Below, in pieces: positions 9,858 through 20,399 of a stretch of 64,000 nt of DNA. The notes beneath the pieces were generated by a model. It made no database searches. It saw nothing but the letters and a program-made list of their open reading frames with translations, and was not told where the DNA came from. Location: NCBI GenBank assembly GCA_963665235.2, contig CAXXLX010000001.1:1696001-1760000 (forward strand), in the 5' to 3' direction. Source of the DNA: Candidatus Poribacteria bacterium (GTDB lineage Bacteria; Poribacteria; WGA-4E; WGA-3G). The position numbers and the translations under genes are program-made. How positions within the stretch are numbered: position 1 is the first letter of the stretch; every line of letters begins with the position of its first letter.

Positions 9858-11219
9858 ATGCAACTAAGCAATCGCCTTTTCCTGTTTTTACTGCCAGTAG
9901 CAATTCCGATTATGCTCTACAACGTCTCTCCGAACCTATTGTACGTTGGTGGCGGTTATCTGCTGCTGCTATTTATCGTTTGCGTTGTAGATTACACGAC
10001 GAATCCCCTATCTACAAAAATTGAGGTTAGGCGCGAGATGAACTCTAAGTTCTCGTTAGGTGTAGAAAACCGCGTGACACTAAAGGTTGTGAACCGTTCC
10101 GACTATGCGTTAAGGTTACGTCTCAAGGATGATTTTCCCGACGCGTTTGGATTTGCGGAGCTCATCCACGACTGCCGCGTCGCGCCTTCAAGCGAAGAGG
10201 CTATCTTGTATTCGCTCACCCCGTTGCGCCGTGGACTTTACCAATTTGGGGACATTCATCTGCGGTGTTGGGGCATTTTAGGACTGATAATCCGGCAACG
10301 GCGGGTTGACGCGGAAACGGACGTGAAGGTCTATCCGAATCTGCAAGCAGTCAGGCAGTATGAGCTTTTAGTCAAACGTGGCATGCTCCACCAGCTCGGT
10401 CTTAAAAATTCACGTCAATTTGGGGAAGGGACAGAGATGGAACGGTTACGGGAGTATTATCCTGACGACGATTTTCGCCGCATCGACTGGAAGGCAACAG
10501 CACGACATCGAAAACCAATCGTTCGGGAATTTGAGACAGAACGGAGCCAAGATGTCATTATCATGTTAGACACTGGAAGACTCATGGCCTCCCCGATTTT
10601 GTTGGAAGAGGTTACAGAAGCATCGGCAGCACAAAATCAGAACACCCAAAAGGCGATGATTAAACTTGACTACGCTATCAATACAACCCTTATGACCAGC
10701 TATGTCTCAACGCTCAAGGGGGATAAGGTTGGGCTTATCGCTTTCGCGGATAATGTCCACCAATACCTCGCCCCGAAGGCAGGTAAGAAACAATTTTTGA
10801 CGATGTTAGAAACGATTTATGCTCTACAGGTTTACCCCGTTGAACCCGATTTTGAGACAGCGTTTAAATACCTCGCTACAAAACAGCGAAAACGTGCATT
10901 CATTCTCCTTTTCACAGACATCTTGGATAAAGATTCGGCTGAGGGAATAGCGACTTACGTGGGAACGCTTTCTAAACATCACCTCGTCGCTTGTGTAACG
11001 TTGACAGACTCCAGTATCGTGGCGTTAGCTGAACAGCAGGTTACCAATTCTCAAAAGGTCTATCAGAAAGCAATTGCCGAGAAATTATTGGCGGAGAAGC
11101 ATGCAACGTTAGAAATCCTTCGCAGGCAGGGCATTATTACTATTGACGTACCCGCGCACCAATTGACGATGGCAGTTGTGAATAAATACTTGGAACTCAA
11201 AGCAAAGTCTAAAATTTGA
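9858..11219 (+). CDS. DUF58 / VWA-domain protein
   Basis: LREYYPDDDFRRIDWKATAR; MIDAS-like LDTGRLM. Confidence 0.92.
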   Translation: MQLSNRLFLFLLPVAIPIMLYNVSPNLLYVGGGYLLLLFIVCVVDYTTNPLSTKIEVRREMNSKFSLGVENRVTLKVVNRSDYALRLRLKDDFPDAFGFAELIHDCRVAPSSEEAILYSLTPLRRGLYQFGDIHLRCWGILGLIIRQRRVDAETDVKVYPNLQAVRQYELLVKRGMLHQLGLKNSRQFGEGTEMERLREYYPDDDFRRIDWKATARHRKPIVREFETERSQDVIIMLDTGRLMASPILLEEVTEASAAQNQNTQKAMIKLDYAINTTLMTSYVSTLKGDKVGLIAFADNVHQYLAPKAGKKQFLTMLETIYALQVYPVEPDFETAFKYLATKQRKRAFILLFTDILDKDSAEGIATYVGTLSKHHLVACVTLTDSSIVALAEQQVTNSQKVYQKAIAEKLLAEKHATLEILRRQGIITIDVPAHQLTMAVVNKYLELKAKSKI

Positions 11220-11225
11220 TAGCTG

Positions 11226-12155
11226 CTAACGATGGAATAGGTAAGCGAATAGGCACACACCCGTTATTGCCCCGAATCCGATTTTGACAAGTGGGGGTAA
11301 ACTTGAGGGAGATATAAACCCTTCAATAAGTCCTGCAATGATGAGCAGGACGACACACCCACCGATGAGTTGGATAGCGGTTTTGGCGGCATCTGTCAAC
11401 GCACGTTTTCGGGTGAACGGTGTCGGCGCAATGAGAGAATACCCCATTTTTAACCCCGCACCCCCCGCTATAAAAATGGTTGTCAATTCTATATAACCGT
11501 GCGGCGAGACGAAGGACCAGAGAGGTAGGGCTGCCCCATAAACATGACATAATCCCGCAACCGCGCCTATTAGAACACCGTTGAAAACTAAAATATACAC
11601 GGTGCCTACCATGAACAGGATACCCCCAGCAAACGCCAAAAAAGCCACCCGGATGTTATTTGTCATGACGAAAGAGGCAAACAGATTTCTGGATTCGGCA
11701 GGCGTAGCGTTCCACGGGTCTTCACCCAACTCCCGGATATGGGTGACGGTCCCTTCCGAAACGATTTGTTCGGCAGCACTGGGGATTGTTAAAGCGAACC
11801 AATACGCTCCGCCAAACGCGATGCCGAATAGTAAGAACGCAATAGCAATAACATTGAGGTTACGACGAAACAGCATCGGAAACCCGGATTTGAAAAAGAG
11901 ACGGACTGTCCCACGTTTTAGCGGAGAGGTTTGGTAAACCCTTGCATGCGCGCGAGCGGCAAGCTCGTTTAAGTATAAAACACACCGGTCGTTTGGAAAA
12001 TCGCGACGGGCGACCGCTAAATCGGAGGTGACGCGTCGATATAAATACCCTAATCGGCTGAGTGTCACGGAATTTGCCTGCCGCGAATGGGCTAAGAGCC
12101 CCTCAAGCTCGGACCAGGTTGGCTTCTTTTTCGCAATAAATTCTGCTGAATTCAT
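11226..12155 (-). CDS. Stage II sporulation protein M-like (DUF95) membrane protein
   Basis: NNIRVAFLAF, PHGYIEL, AGLIEGFISP. Confidence 0.9.
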   Translation of the reverse strand: MNSAEFIAKKKPTWSELEGLLAHSRQANSVTLSRLGYLYRRVTSDLAVARRDFPNDRCVLYLNELAARAHARVYQTSPLKRGTVRLFFKSGFPMLFRRNLNVIAIAFLLFGIAFGGAYWFALTIPSAAEQIVSEGTVTHIRELGEDPWNATPAESRNLFASFVMTNNIRVAFLAFAGGILFMVGTVYILVFNGVLIGAVAGLCHVYGAALPLWSFVSPHGYIELTTIFIAGGAGLKMGYSLIAPTPFTRKRALTDAAKTAIQLIGGCVVLLIIAGLIEGFISPSSLPPLVKIGFGAITGVCLFAYLFHR

Positions 12156-12215
12156 AGATTAATCCGTTTTTGCAAAAATTACACAATGTAGCGCGAGCAA
12201 AACTCGCTCCTATCG

Positions 12216-13730
12216 TTAAGCTCCCGCGGTGCGTGGCATCCGCAGCGGCTCTTTGCCCATCTCTGCAAACAGCAACTTCATCACCAATTCCGCCTTCAGC
12301 GCAGCATGCTCCGGAGAGTTCCAAAGGTTATTGACCTCCCCCGCATCCGTTTTCAGGTCAAACAATTCGCCATACTCCCGGTTGTAGTAGACAGTGAGTT
12401 TATACCGGTCATCGACGTAGGTTTTGACGTGAACGGTTGTAGGCTCATGGCGGTTTTCAACGATAATGTGGTCACGGGCTAGTGCTTCTTGGTTTCCGGA
12501 CCAAACCGGTGTCTGGTCGATGCCGGTCATCGGCCGTGGAATATCAATCCCGGACGCACTGAGAAACGAAGGTGCGAGGTCGACGAGACTTTGCAACGCT
12601 TCCGATTGCGCTCCCGCAGGCACAACGTCCGGATAGCGAACGATGAACGGCACCCGAATTACGTCTTCGTAGTGGAACGCGCCCTTCGCAATGAGCCCGT
12701 GCTGTCCATAAAAATGCCCATGGTCGGAGGTGAAGACAACCAAGGTGTTATCAGCAAGCCCAAGTTCGTCAAGTTTGCCCAGGATGCGTCCGATGTATTT
12801 GTCCATCAAGCTTACCATGCCGTAATAGACTGCGATGTCTTTCGCAAGCGCATCGCGGTTTCGTAAATGCGATCTGAATCCATGTACACCCTTTCCAGTT
12901 TCACGCCATTCAGAGAAATCCGGTTTTTGCTGTTGCGTCAGTTGAAAGTGCGGCGGATTGTTTTCATGTTCGCCTTCGGTCACAGCTGGGACCGTCAAGG
13001 TTGCTGGGTCGTACATCGTATCCCACGGTTCTGGCACAAGATATTTCGGGTGCGGGTCGAAAAAGCTTGCCCAGAGGAAAAAGTTCTCGCCGTTCTGTTG
13101 ATATTCTGTCATAAGCGCGTTGGTTCGCTCAGCAATCCATGTATCATAATGATAAGCCTCCGGAATCGGCCATGTGTGATATTGCCCTCTGGCATTCCCT
13201 GTAGGCGGGGCAAAATAGTCACGCCAATTTTCAAGTCCGTTTTCCTCCATCCAGATAGCGTAATGTTGCCCGACGTGTGCTTCATCAGCGTGGTTTCGTG
13301 CCAACTCAACATGCTCAAATCCGTAAAACGGTTCACTGAAGTTCCGCCAGAAATCTAAGTCTTGTAGGATTGGATAGGATTCTAGGGATGGGAACTCATC
13401 GGTTCCGTGCAAGGGTTGAAAGTGCGCTTTTCCGACAAGTGCGGTGCGGTAGCCTGCCGCTGTGAAATCTTCACCGACAGTGTGCTCATCCTCGGACAGT
13501 TTCGTGCCAAGAGACCAGGCACCGTGCTGACTCGGATATTTTCCAGTGATGATAGAGGCGCGGGTCGGCGTGCAAGTCGGGTTAGGGCAGTAGGCTCTAT
13601 GGAAAAGTGTGCCGCCCTGTGCTAAAGCATCCAAGTGAGGTGTCTGAATTTCGGGGTTGAGGCACCCCAAGGTATTCCAATGTTGTTGGTCGCTTGTGAT
13701 AAGCAAAATATTCGGTCTCGTTTTATCCAT
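12216..13730 (-). CDS. Cys-type sulfatase (FGly-dependent)
   Basis: RPNILLITSDQ, CTPTRAS (CxPxR), GKAH, SDHG. Confidence 0.95.
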   Translation of the reverse strand: MDKTRPNILLITSDQQHWNTLGCLNPEIQTPHLDALAQGGTLFHRAYCPNPTCTPTRASIITGKYPSQHGAWSLGTKLSEDEHTVGEDFTAAGYRTALVGKAHFQPLHGTDEFPSLESYPILQDLDFWRNFSEPFYGFEHVELARNHADEAHVGQHYAIWMEENGLENWRDYFAPPTGNARGQYHTWPIPEAYHYDTWIAERTNALMTEYQQNGENFFLWASFFDPHPKYLVPEPWDTMYDPATLTVPAVTEGEHENNPPHFQLTQQQKPDFSEWRETGKGVHGFRSHLRNRDALAKDIAVYYGMVSLMDKYIGRILGKLDELGLADNTLVVFTSDHGHFYGQHGLIAKGAFHYEDVIRVPFIVRYPDVVPAGAQSEALQSLVDLAPSFLSASGIDIPRPMTGIDQTPVWSGNQEALARDHIIVENRHEPTTVHVKTYVDDRYKLTVYYNREYGELFDLKTDAGEVNNLWNSPEHAALKAELVMKLLFAEMGKEPLRMPRTAGA

Positions 13731-13768
13731 GGGCTATTCCTTTGTTAGGGCACAACGGTGTGTGCCTA

Positions 13769-15037
13769 CTACTTTTTTCGCAAAATCAGTAAAAATTCAG
13801 ATTTCATTCCATCCGGATTTTTGTTTTTCCGTGCGCCAAATAACTGCCTCGTTTTTATCCGATCTTCATAGACCTTTTCAAATACGAATCCCCGTTCGGT
13901 AAAATACTCCATCAATATCCGCCAGATTTCAACCGTTATGCCGTCAATTAGCGGGTTTCCAACGAAGATAGCGGCAGTCGCGTTTGGTTTCAGGCAACTC
14001 ATAGAATTTTCAAGCGCGTTCAGGGTATGGCAAAAATATGAATCCAATAGGTTAATCAGGTTATTCCGGGTGAGTGCTGCTCTTATTTCGTCCAGCGTTT
14101 TCGTCTGAATGACCCTATCCGCCTTGCGATAAGGGATTTCAAGTCGCGCTAATTTTTGGATTTCTGTTTCCGCATAACCTAACCAAAACAGCTCCATTTT
14201 GGTGGTGCGGATATATTCCTGCGCTTGAAGATAAGGCGGTGATGTAATCAAAGCGTCACATTCACGCGTAACGGGATAGTACGATGAATCAATGCCGCCT
14301 GTGGCTTCAACCCGATTCTGGTGCTGACAGGTTGCCATTACAAAGTCGTTGAGGTTCCGCAAGGTTTTCAGGGATAGCTTGTAAACCTCCGCCCTTAATG
14401 TCTCTTGCCAATCTGTCCTTAGTAGGTCCTCAATATAACGCAACTTCCGTTTCGACCTGAACAATTTGGGGGTTCGATGTTCTGCATAAGAGAAGTGTTT
14501 GCTCACCTTCAGTAAAGCCGATTCGATAATCTGTGAATAGGGTGTCTGTTCACAGGTTTTGATGAAACCCCAATATTTCGAGAGCGTCTTCAGCATTTCT
14601 GGCGGATACCAATAGGTTAAATTTGACCATTCGGGTGTAAACCGGTGTGAGGTTTGCTCGAGACGTTGTAGTATTTGACATAAATACGCCTCATTCAATC
14701 GTTCCTTGCCAAGATAGATTTTTAGGGGAATGATGTGATTCAAGAGCGGATTCAGGTCAAGGAGTACAGCGTTTCGTTTGCACAAATATGCCTCTAACCC
14801 CACCGTTCCAGAACCAGCAAACGGGTCTATAACCCAATCCCCCTCCTTTGTAAAAGCGTCAATAGCATATCGGACAACGTGCGGTATAAATTTTGCGGGA
14901 TAGTAGAAAATAGCGTGCGTCAGATAACCCGTATCCGTGATTTCAGGGACCAATTCGCGGAAGGAAATTAATTCCTGCCCCGGCGAGGTCTCTATAGGAA
15001 CGTGCTCCTCTGGGAAAAACGTTAATTGTTGTTTCAT
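13769..15037 (-). CDS. Orphan DNA methyltransferase (N4-C/N6-A family)
   Basis: YPAKF, DPFAGSGT (motif I), ITSPPY (motif IV). Confidence 0.88.
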   Translation of the reverse strand: MKQQLTFFPEEHVPIETSPGQELISFRELVPEITDTGYLTHAIFYYPAKFIPHVVRYAIDAFTKEGDWVIDPFAGSGTVGLEAYLCKRNAVLLDLNPLLNHIIPLKIYLGKERLNEAYLCQILQRLEQTSHRFTPEWSNLTYWYPPEMLKTLSKYWGFIKTCEQTPYSQIIESALLKVSKHFSYAEHRTPKLFRSKRKLRYIEDLLRTDWQETLRAEVYKLSLKTLRNLNDFVMATCQHQNRVEATGGIDSSYYPVTRECDALITSPPYLQAQEYIRTTKMELFWLGYAETEIQKLARLEIPYRKADRVIQTKTLDEIRAALTRNNLINLLDSYFCHTLNALENSMSCLKPNATAAIFVGNPLIDGITVEIWRILMEYFTERGFVFEKVYEDRIKTRQLFGARKNKNPDGMKSEFLLILRKK

Positions 15038-16344
15038 GCGCTTTTATTTAAACAGCACTGCTTATATTTCCGGCCACTTCCACATGGGCAGGGAGCGTTT
15101 CGTCCAATCTTCCGTGATGAGGTGATGGCGGGCTGCGTTCCCAAACTACTGCGTTTCGGCGTTGTTTGTCGGCGTTCCCGCATTATCGGCATAATGCTAT
15201 TGGCGGGTCTCCCCGCTTGTATAGCCGAAGCCATCAGTTTCATCGGTTCATCGATATGTGTGAAAAAACGTTTATAACCAGCACAGAGGTAGTTCAAACC
15301 GTCCTCGCCTGATGGGGTTTTGATAATACGGTTTTTCGGACATCCCCCATTGCAAACGAACTTCACGTCACAATCACGACAGTACTGGGGAAGTGTATCC
15401 CGCTTATCCGTGCCAAATTTACGTTGGAAGGGTGAATCCACCAGCTCCGCAAGCGACGTTTCCTCAATATTGCCGATGTAGTAGTCAGGTGTCACGAAAT
15501 GGTCACAGGAATAGAGGTCACCGTTATGTTCAATTGCCATTGCATCGCCACAGGTTTCATTAAAAACACACAAACTCGGCATATACCCTAGCCAGGCCTC
15601 AAGGGCAACATCAAATATCTGGACAAAGATTTTTCCGATGTCGTTGACTACCCATTCATCGAAAATGGTGGTGAGGAATTCGCCGTACTGCTTTGCCGTG
15701 ACGGAGCGCGGGGATACGTTTTTACCATCGAAGTGCTCAACTGCTGGAATGAACTGCATAAACTCTACGCCAAGCCCCTTGAAATAGGTATACACCTCGT
15801 TCGGGTATTCCGCATTGTGGTTGTTGACAACGCAGAGCACATTGTAGTCAACGTTGTGCTGTTGTAAAACCCGCAACCCACGGATTACCTGTTCAGACGA
15901 TGAACGCCCGCGTTTGTCGTACCGGTACTTATCGTGAATCTCTGGGGGACCGTCAATACTTATGCCGACTAAAAACTTGTTCTGCTTTAAAAATCGACCC
16001 CATTCCTCGTCTAGGAGCGTGGCATTGGTTTGAAACGTATTCTGGATTGTCATGCCGGTCCGTCTATATTTCTGTTGATATCGGACCGCCTGCCGGAAAA
16101 AATCGACTCCCATCAACGTCGGCTCACCGCCTTGCCATGCGAACGTCACTTCGTTAATCTGCTGTGCCTCAATGTACTGCTTGACATAGTTCTCCAAAAT
16201 CTCGTCTGTCATTCGGAACGAGCCGGTGTCGGGATAGAGCTTCTCTTTTTCCAGATAAAAGCAGTATTCACAATCTAAGTTGCAGATAGGCCCGATGGGC
16301 TTCGTCATTACATGAAAAGCGCGAAGGGGTTTATGTTCAACCAT
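15034..16344 (-). CDS. Anaerobic sulfatase maturase (radical SAM/SPASM) with C-terminal SEC-C motif
   Basis: CNLDCEYC, WQGGEPTL, YSCDHFV, CNGGCPK; C-terminal GRNAPCPCGSGRKYKQCC. Confidence 0.95.
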   Translation of the reverse strand: MVEHKPLRAFHVMTKPIGPICNLDCEYCFYLEKEKLYPDTGSFRMTDEILENYVKQYIEAQQINEVTFAWQGGEPTLMGVDFFRQAVRYQQKYRRTGMTIQNTFQTNATLLDEEWGRFLKQNKFLVGISIDGPPEIHDKYRYDKRGRSSSEQVIRGLRVLQQHNVDYNVLCVVNNHNAEYPNEVYTYFKGLGVEFMQFIPAVEHFDGKNVSPRSVTAKQYGEFLTTIFDEWVVNDIGKIFVQIFDVALEAWLGYMPSLCVFNETCGDAMAIEHNGDLYSCDHFVTPDYYIGNIEETSLAELVDSPFQRKFGTDKRDTLPQYCRDCDVKFVCNGGCPKNRIIKTPSGEDGLNYLCAGYKRFFTHIDEPMKLMASAIQAGRPANSIMPIMRERRQTTPKRSSLGTQPAITSSRKIGRNAPCPCGSGRKYKQCCLNKSA

Positions 16345-16481
16345 CTGATTTTCCTCTTTCGGGTAGTTTTATCGGGTTTTTTTCTTGTTCAACCCGACGG
16401 ACAGTGTATAGGGTTCCAAACGTGTGTTAAAGTTTAGCATATTTCGTTTAAATCTACAAGGAAAAAACGTTAAAACAGACA

Positions 16482-17954
16482 CTATTCTATTTCATCAAAC
16501 GCTATAATCTTTTTTATTTTCCCCGGTTGTGCCCAATTGCACCTTCCTGCCCCATTCAGTTGATGCAGCAACGCCAAAATTTCCGGATTTTCAAGGGCGG
16601 TCTTAATCCTTTGTGCTTCCGCTTCCTGCCAGCACGGAATAAATGCATGCATCGCCTGATTGCCCTGCCAAACTTGTCCATCTACATCCCTTACCACAAT
16701 CGGATTAAATTGATCTTTTCCATACGCCTCCCACATTACCTTGAAAGGCGCAAACGCATAGGGACCAACGCCGAGCAGTGCCCACCAACACCCTCTATTC
16801 ATAGCTGCCCGAAGCAGTGCACCTCTCCGCGCTTGCAGTGTACCCCGGACATTTTGAAGGTAATCTCTTAGCGTATCGGACTGTTCAATTTGATTCCATG
16901 TGAGCGGTTTCCCTGTCTCCCGATGATACGGCAGCAGAATCCATCTGTGCGGCGCGGATATAGAATCTTGCCACAGCTCCTTTGTTGCAAGCGGATACAG
17001 AAACATTTCCGGGAGATGCGAAGGTTTGTGGTCAAAAATAAAAACGTCATTTGCACCACATGTATTGATACCCTGTCGGGGTTTCTGTTCAGGAGTCAAG
17101 CGAACTTCAAGCGTCTCGCCAACGTTGCATTCATCAAGATTTTGGACCACCCGCCACGGGTCGGCACGGTTTTTGAGCGGTAACGCCTGATGTTCAATCC
17201 ATTCTCTGTCTATCTCCCTGAAATATGTAATTGGGAACGTCTGAGGCGTATCCCCTCGAAATCTCGCACAACAGTAGGCGGTGTTGACCTCTTCAAAGAC
17301 TTTGGTTGATATAAATTCATACACGGTATCCACAGCGAAATTCCGGTGATTGGCACTATAATTTCTAAATCCGCTATGGGCACCATCGCCAAAAAAGAGA
17401 GAGGTCGGGAGGTAGAAACAACCCACGCCGTCCTGTTTGAGCAACCTTCCCAAAGCAATCTTCAGCACAAGTGCCGCAATGTCAATACGGGAAGCCCCTA
17501 ACAGTAGCTTCTGTGTATCTGGTCCAAGGCCCTCCTGTAGAAAGTAAGGTTTTAAGCGTGTTTTGTAAGTCGGGGGGAGGTCTCCGAAGTTCGCCCACGG
17601 TGGATTTCCAACGAGCACATCATATTGTCCCGCATGAGATTCCGTAATCACATCCTGGCAAAAGAGCTGTGCTGCAGGAAAATCAATCCCAAATTCCCGG
17701 TTGACGTTCTCTTTGAACTGTTCGAGATGTGCGGGCACTATTTCAATAAGCGTCAAGCGTGATAGCCGTTCGGCGGTAATGGGAACTCCGTTGCGTCGTG
17801 CAATATGGAGCAGTGCTAGTGGGAACACGCCTTGTCCGGCGGTAGGGTCACAAATATGCGCGCCTTCACACCATGCATCGAAGATGTTCCATCTATTGAT
17901 GAGCCATTCCGCCCATTTTAGCGGGGTAAAAATTTGTCCAATCTGTTTTTTCAT
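16482..17954 (-). CDS. N6-adenine DNA methyltransferase (TaqI/Eco57I-like)
   Basis: GQIFTP, DPTAGQG, VGNPPW. Confidence 0.85.
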   Translation of the reverse strand: MKKQIGQIFTPLKWAEWLINRWNIFDAWCEGAHICDPTAGQGVFPLALLHIARRNGVPITAERLSRLTLIEIVPAHLEQFKENVNREFGIDFPAAQLFCQDVITESHAGQYDVLVGNPPWANFGDLPPTYKTRLKPYFLQEGLGPDTQKLLLGASRIDIAALVLKIALGRLLKQDGVGCFYLPTSLFFGDGAHSGFRNYSANHRNFAVDTVYEFISTKVFEEVNTAYCCARFRGDTPQTFPITYFREIDREWIEHQALPLKNRADPWRVVQNLDECNVGETLEVRLTPEQKPRQGINTCGANDVFIFDHKPSHLPEMFLYPLATKELWQDSISAPHRWILLPYHRETGKPLTWNQIEQSDTLRDYLQNVRGTLQARRGALLRAAMNRGCWWALLGVGPYAFAPFKVMWEAYGKDQFNPIVVRDVDGQVWQGNQAMHAFIPCWQEAEAQRIKTALENPEILALLHQLNGAGRCNWAQPGKIKKIIAFDEIE

Positions 17955-18007
17955 CTTATTATTAAGGATACCTGCTATTTTGGATTTTTGCAAGCGAATT
18001 TTATAAT

Positions 18008-18036
18008 TTGACAATAGGTTGGAAAGCCGTTATAAT
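18008..18036 (+). promoter_or_regulatory. Consensus sigma70 promoter
   Basis: TTGACA-17 bp-TATAAT upstream of the STAND ATPase. Confidence 0.8.
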
Positions 18037-18234
18037 TATACTGTGGTTATGTGTGAAACTTCCCGAGCCACCTGTCGATAAAGTGCTCAGAGAATGCAGT
18101 TCTCGGTATCACAACGCGCGGGGGCATCTCAGATTTCCAATTGCAGGATAAAGAATTGCGGAATATATTAATCTGAGCTTAAGTTGTTCCTTCGGTACCT
18201 GCCTCTGAGCAAGGTACCTCGGATAGAGGCAATT

Positions 18235-19677
18235 ATGCGTATAGAATTAATTCAACAGAAGGTCCCAATTGGGAGTCAAGTCACATTTACGCTGAAGACA
18301 GGCGAGAAATTTTCCGGCTCGCTTGCTGAGCTTGGAAGAGATTACATTGCGCTAGGCACCTCGGATGGCCAAGAAATTTTGGATGCTGACGCGATAGAGG
18401 GAATTCATCTAGAAAATCAGATGGAGGTGCCTGTGCCAGCGGACTCTAATTCAGTTCGTGTTTCAGATGAATTTGAGAAAATTAAAAACCCTTATGCTGC
18501 TTATGCTGGGGGGGGAATTGTCGGCGACCCGGACATGTTCTTTGGGCGTGACGAACTAATCCAAAATATTGCACAGGCTATCCAAACATCCCACTTACAG
18601 AGCAAATGTGTCTTGGTATTTGGGCAAAAGCGATCCGGCAAGTCTTCGGTTTTGTATCACCTAAAGGCATTACTTCAAAAAGACAAGAATCTGCTCATTC
18701 TTAATTTGGATAATATTGCTTCTATTAAGGGGGAGCATACCCGAATACCGCTCATGTACCAGATTCTCCGAAGTATTTTAACAGAGCTGGAATATGAAAT
18801 TGAGGACCGAGTAGAGGAAGGTTTCACTCCATTGGAATTTTCTATTCCTAGTGATGATGAATTTTATAACCATCCCAATCCTCTACAATGTTTTGGAGAT
18901 ACATTTAAGCGATTAAAACGCTTAGTTTCTAAACAAGAAGATTGGCGAGGGACCCGGGTTGTGCTCCTAATAGATGAATTCCAATACATCTACGATGGAA
19001 TCGTTGCTAACGAGATTCCTGAATCGTTCATGCAGAACTGGAAGGCTTTGTTGCAAGCTAACTATTTCAGTGCTGTCTTGGTAGGGCAGGATGTGATGCA
19101 AAAATTTAAAGAGCGTTTTCCTAACGAGTTTGGCACAACACAGGATGAGCGTGTCACCTACCTCAGCGAACTAGAAGCAATCAAACTCATTGAAGATCCT
19201 ATCCGTATTGGTAGGGGGCAAGGTGAAAGCCGTTATCGAGAGCAGTCAATTCGGAGGATTTTAGATCTCACGGCAGGCAGCCCTTTCTACATTCAAATCC
19301 TATGCAACCGTCTGGTTGGATACATGAATCGCAAGCATGCTGGGTTGGTGACAGAGGCGGATGTGGAACAAGTTCAAAACGATTTAATAGAAGGTCCGAA
19401 CGCTCTCGGTAAGGATAAGTTTGATAACCTCATCAACTCAGGAGATACATCCGAGGATGCTATATCAGATGATGATGCCTTGAAAGTTCTGAAAGTTATT
19501 GCAAGCAATAGTAGGACAGGCTCGTGTCATCGCGATAGCATTGTCTGTGAAACGAACTTGCCGATCCGTAAGATTCTAGACGATTTGGAAAAACGGGATG
19601 TTATTGAACGTAGACAAGGGCAATATTATCAAATTCAGGTTGGGCTTTTTAAAGAGTGGCTTATCGCTAACGGATAA
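18235..19677 (+). CDS. STAND-like P-loop ATPase with N-terminal Sm/Lsm-like domain
   Basis: NPY...FFGRDELI, GQKRSGKSS, LLIDEFQ, LTAGSPFYIQ, wHTH C-terminus; N-terminal VTFTLKTGEKFSGSLAELG. Confidence 0.82.
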   Translation: MRIELIQQKVPIGSQVTFTLKTGEKFSGSLAELGRDYIALGTSDGQEILDADAIEGIHLENQMEVPVPADSNSVRVSDEFEKIKNPYAAYAGGGIVGDPDMFFGRDELIQNIAQAIQTSHLQSKCVLVFGQKRSGKSSVLYHLKALLQKDKNLLILNLDNIASIKGEHTRIPLMYQILRSILTELEYEIEDRVEEGFTPLEFSIPSDDEFYNHPNPLQCFGDTFKRLKRLVSKQEDWRGTRVVLLIDEFQYIYDGIVANEIPESFMQNWKALLQANYFSAVLVGQDVMQKFKERFPNEFGTTQDERVTYLSELEAIKLIEDPIRIGRGQGESRYREQSIRRILDLTAGSPFYIQILCNRLVGYMNRKHAGLVTEADVEQVQNDLIEGPNALGKDKFDNLINSGDTSEDAISDDDALKVLKVIASNSRTGSCHRDSIVCETNLPIRKILDDLEKRDVIERRQGQYYQIQVGLFKEWLIANG

Positions 19678-19684
19678 CAAGATA

Positions 19685-20149
19685 ATGGATAAGTTTGAGA
19701 AAATTGAAAATGATTTATGGCCACTCTTGCGCGCCACAGAGAAAGCACTTCGCAACGTAATCACAACCACCATGACCAAGGCGTACGGAAATGATTGGAT
19801 AAAAAGTTTGGAGAAGGAACGTCCTAACCTGAAGAAAATTTTCGACGAGTGCCGGAACGCACAACAAAAAGAGGAGAAATCATTCGGAGAGAGAGCTTCA
19901 CAGAATCTGATTGATTTTACCTATCCCGCAGATCTGTTTGCGATTATTTGTGCAAAAGGGTTGTGGAATTCGCATTTTCATCAAATCTTTGGGCACAATC
20001 CCAATTATTGGGACCAACGCAAACAACTACTAGCGAAGTGTAGAAATCCCTTGCACCATCATCGTGATGTCCTTGAGTCCTATAAGCGTAGAACTGTTGA
20101 GGCATACTGTGAGGAAATTCTGACAATATTGGCTGACTATACGGAATAA
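19685..20149 (+). CDS. Swt1-like HEPN domain protein
   Basis: E..LR..I, DFTYPADL..II...W..F..IF, RNPLHH (RxxxxH). Confidence 0.78.
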   Translation: MDKFEKIENDLWPLLRATEKALRNVITTTMTKAYGNDWIKSLEKERPNLKKIFDECRNAQQKEEKSFGERASQNLIDFTYPADLFAIICAKGLWNSHFHQIFGHNPNYWDQRKQLLAKCRNPLHHHRDVLESYKRRTVEAYCEEILTILADYTE

Positions 20150-20192
20150 TAGAAAAGCAAAAAAACGATGGCAATTGATTAGGGGATGAATC

Positions 20193-20399
20193 ATGAGTGA
20201 AATCAAGTATCCATTTAAGCTGAGTATACTGCTACCTGAGGAAGGCGGTGGTTATCTAATTGAATTTCCCGACTTACCTGGGTGTATCTCTGATGGAGAA
20301 ACAATTGACGAAGCGATAACCAACGGAAAGGATGCCCTGTTCTGCTGGATAGAAACAGCGAAACAGTACGGAGACGAAATCCCGCAACCCAAATTATGA
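20193..20399 (+). CDS. hicB: HicB family antitoxin (no adjacent hicA)
   Basis: EEGGGYLIEFPDLPGCISDGETIDEA...GDEIPQP. Confidence 0.9.
   Translation: MSEIKYPFKLSILLPEEGGGYLIEFPDLPGCISDGETIDEAITNGKDALFCWIETAKQYGDEIPQPKL

Noticed and set aside
15034-15110. secA fragment
   Set aside because: The SEC-C motif is a known appendage of anSME proteins
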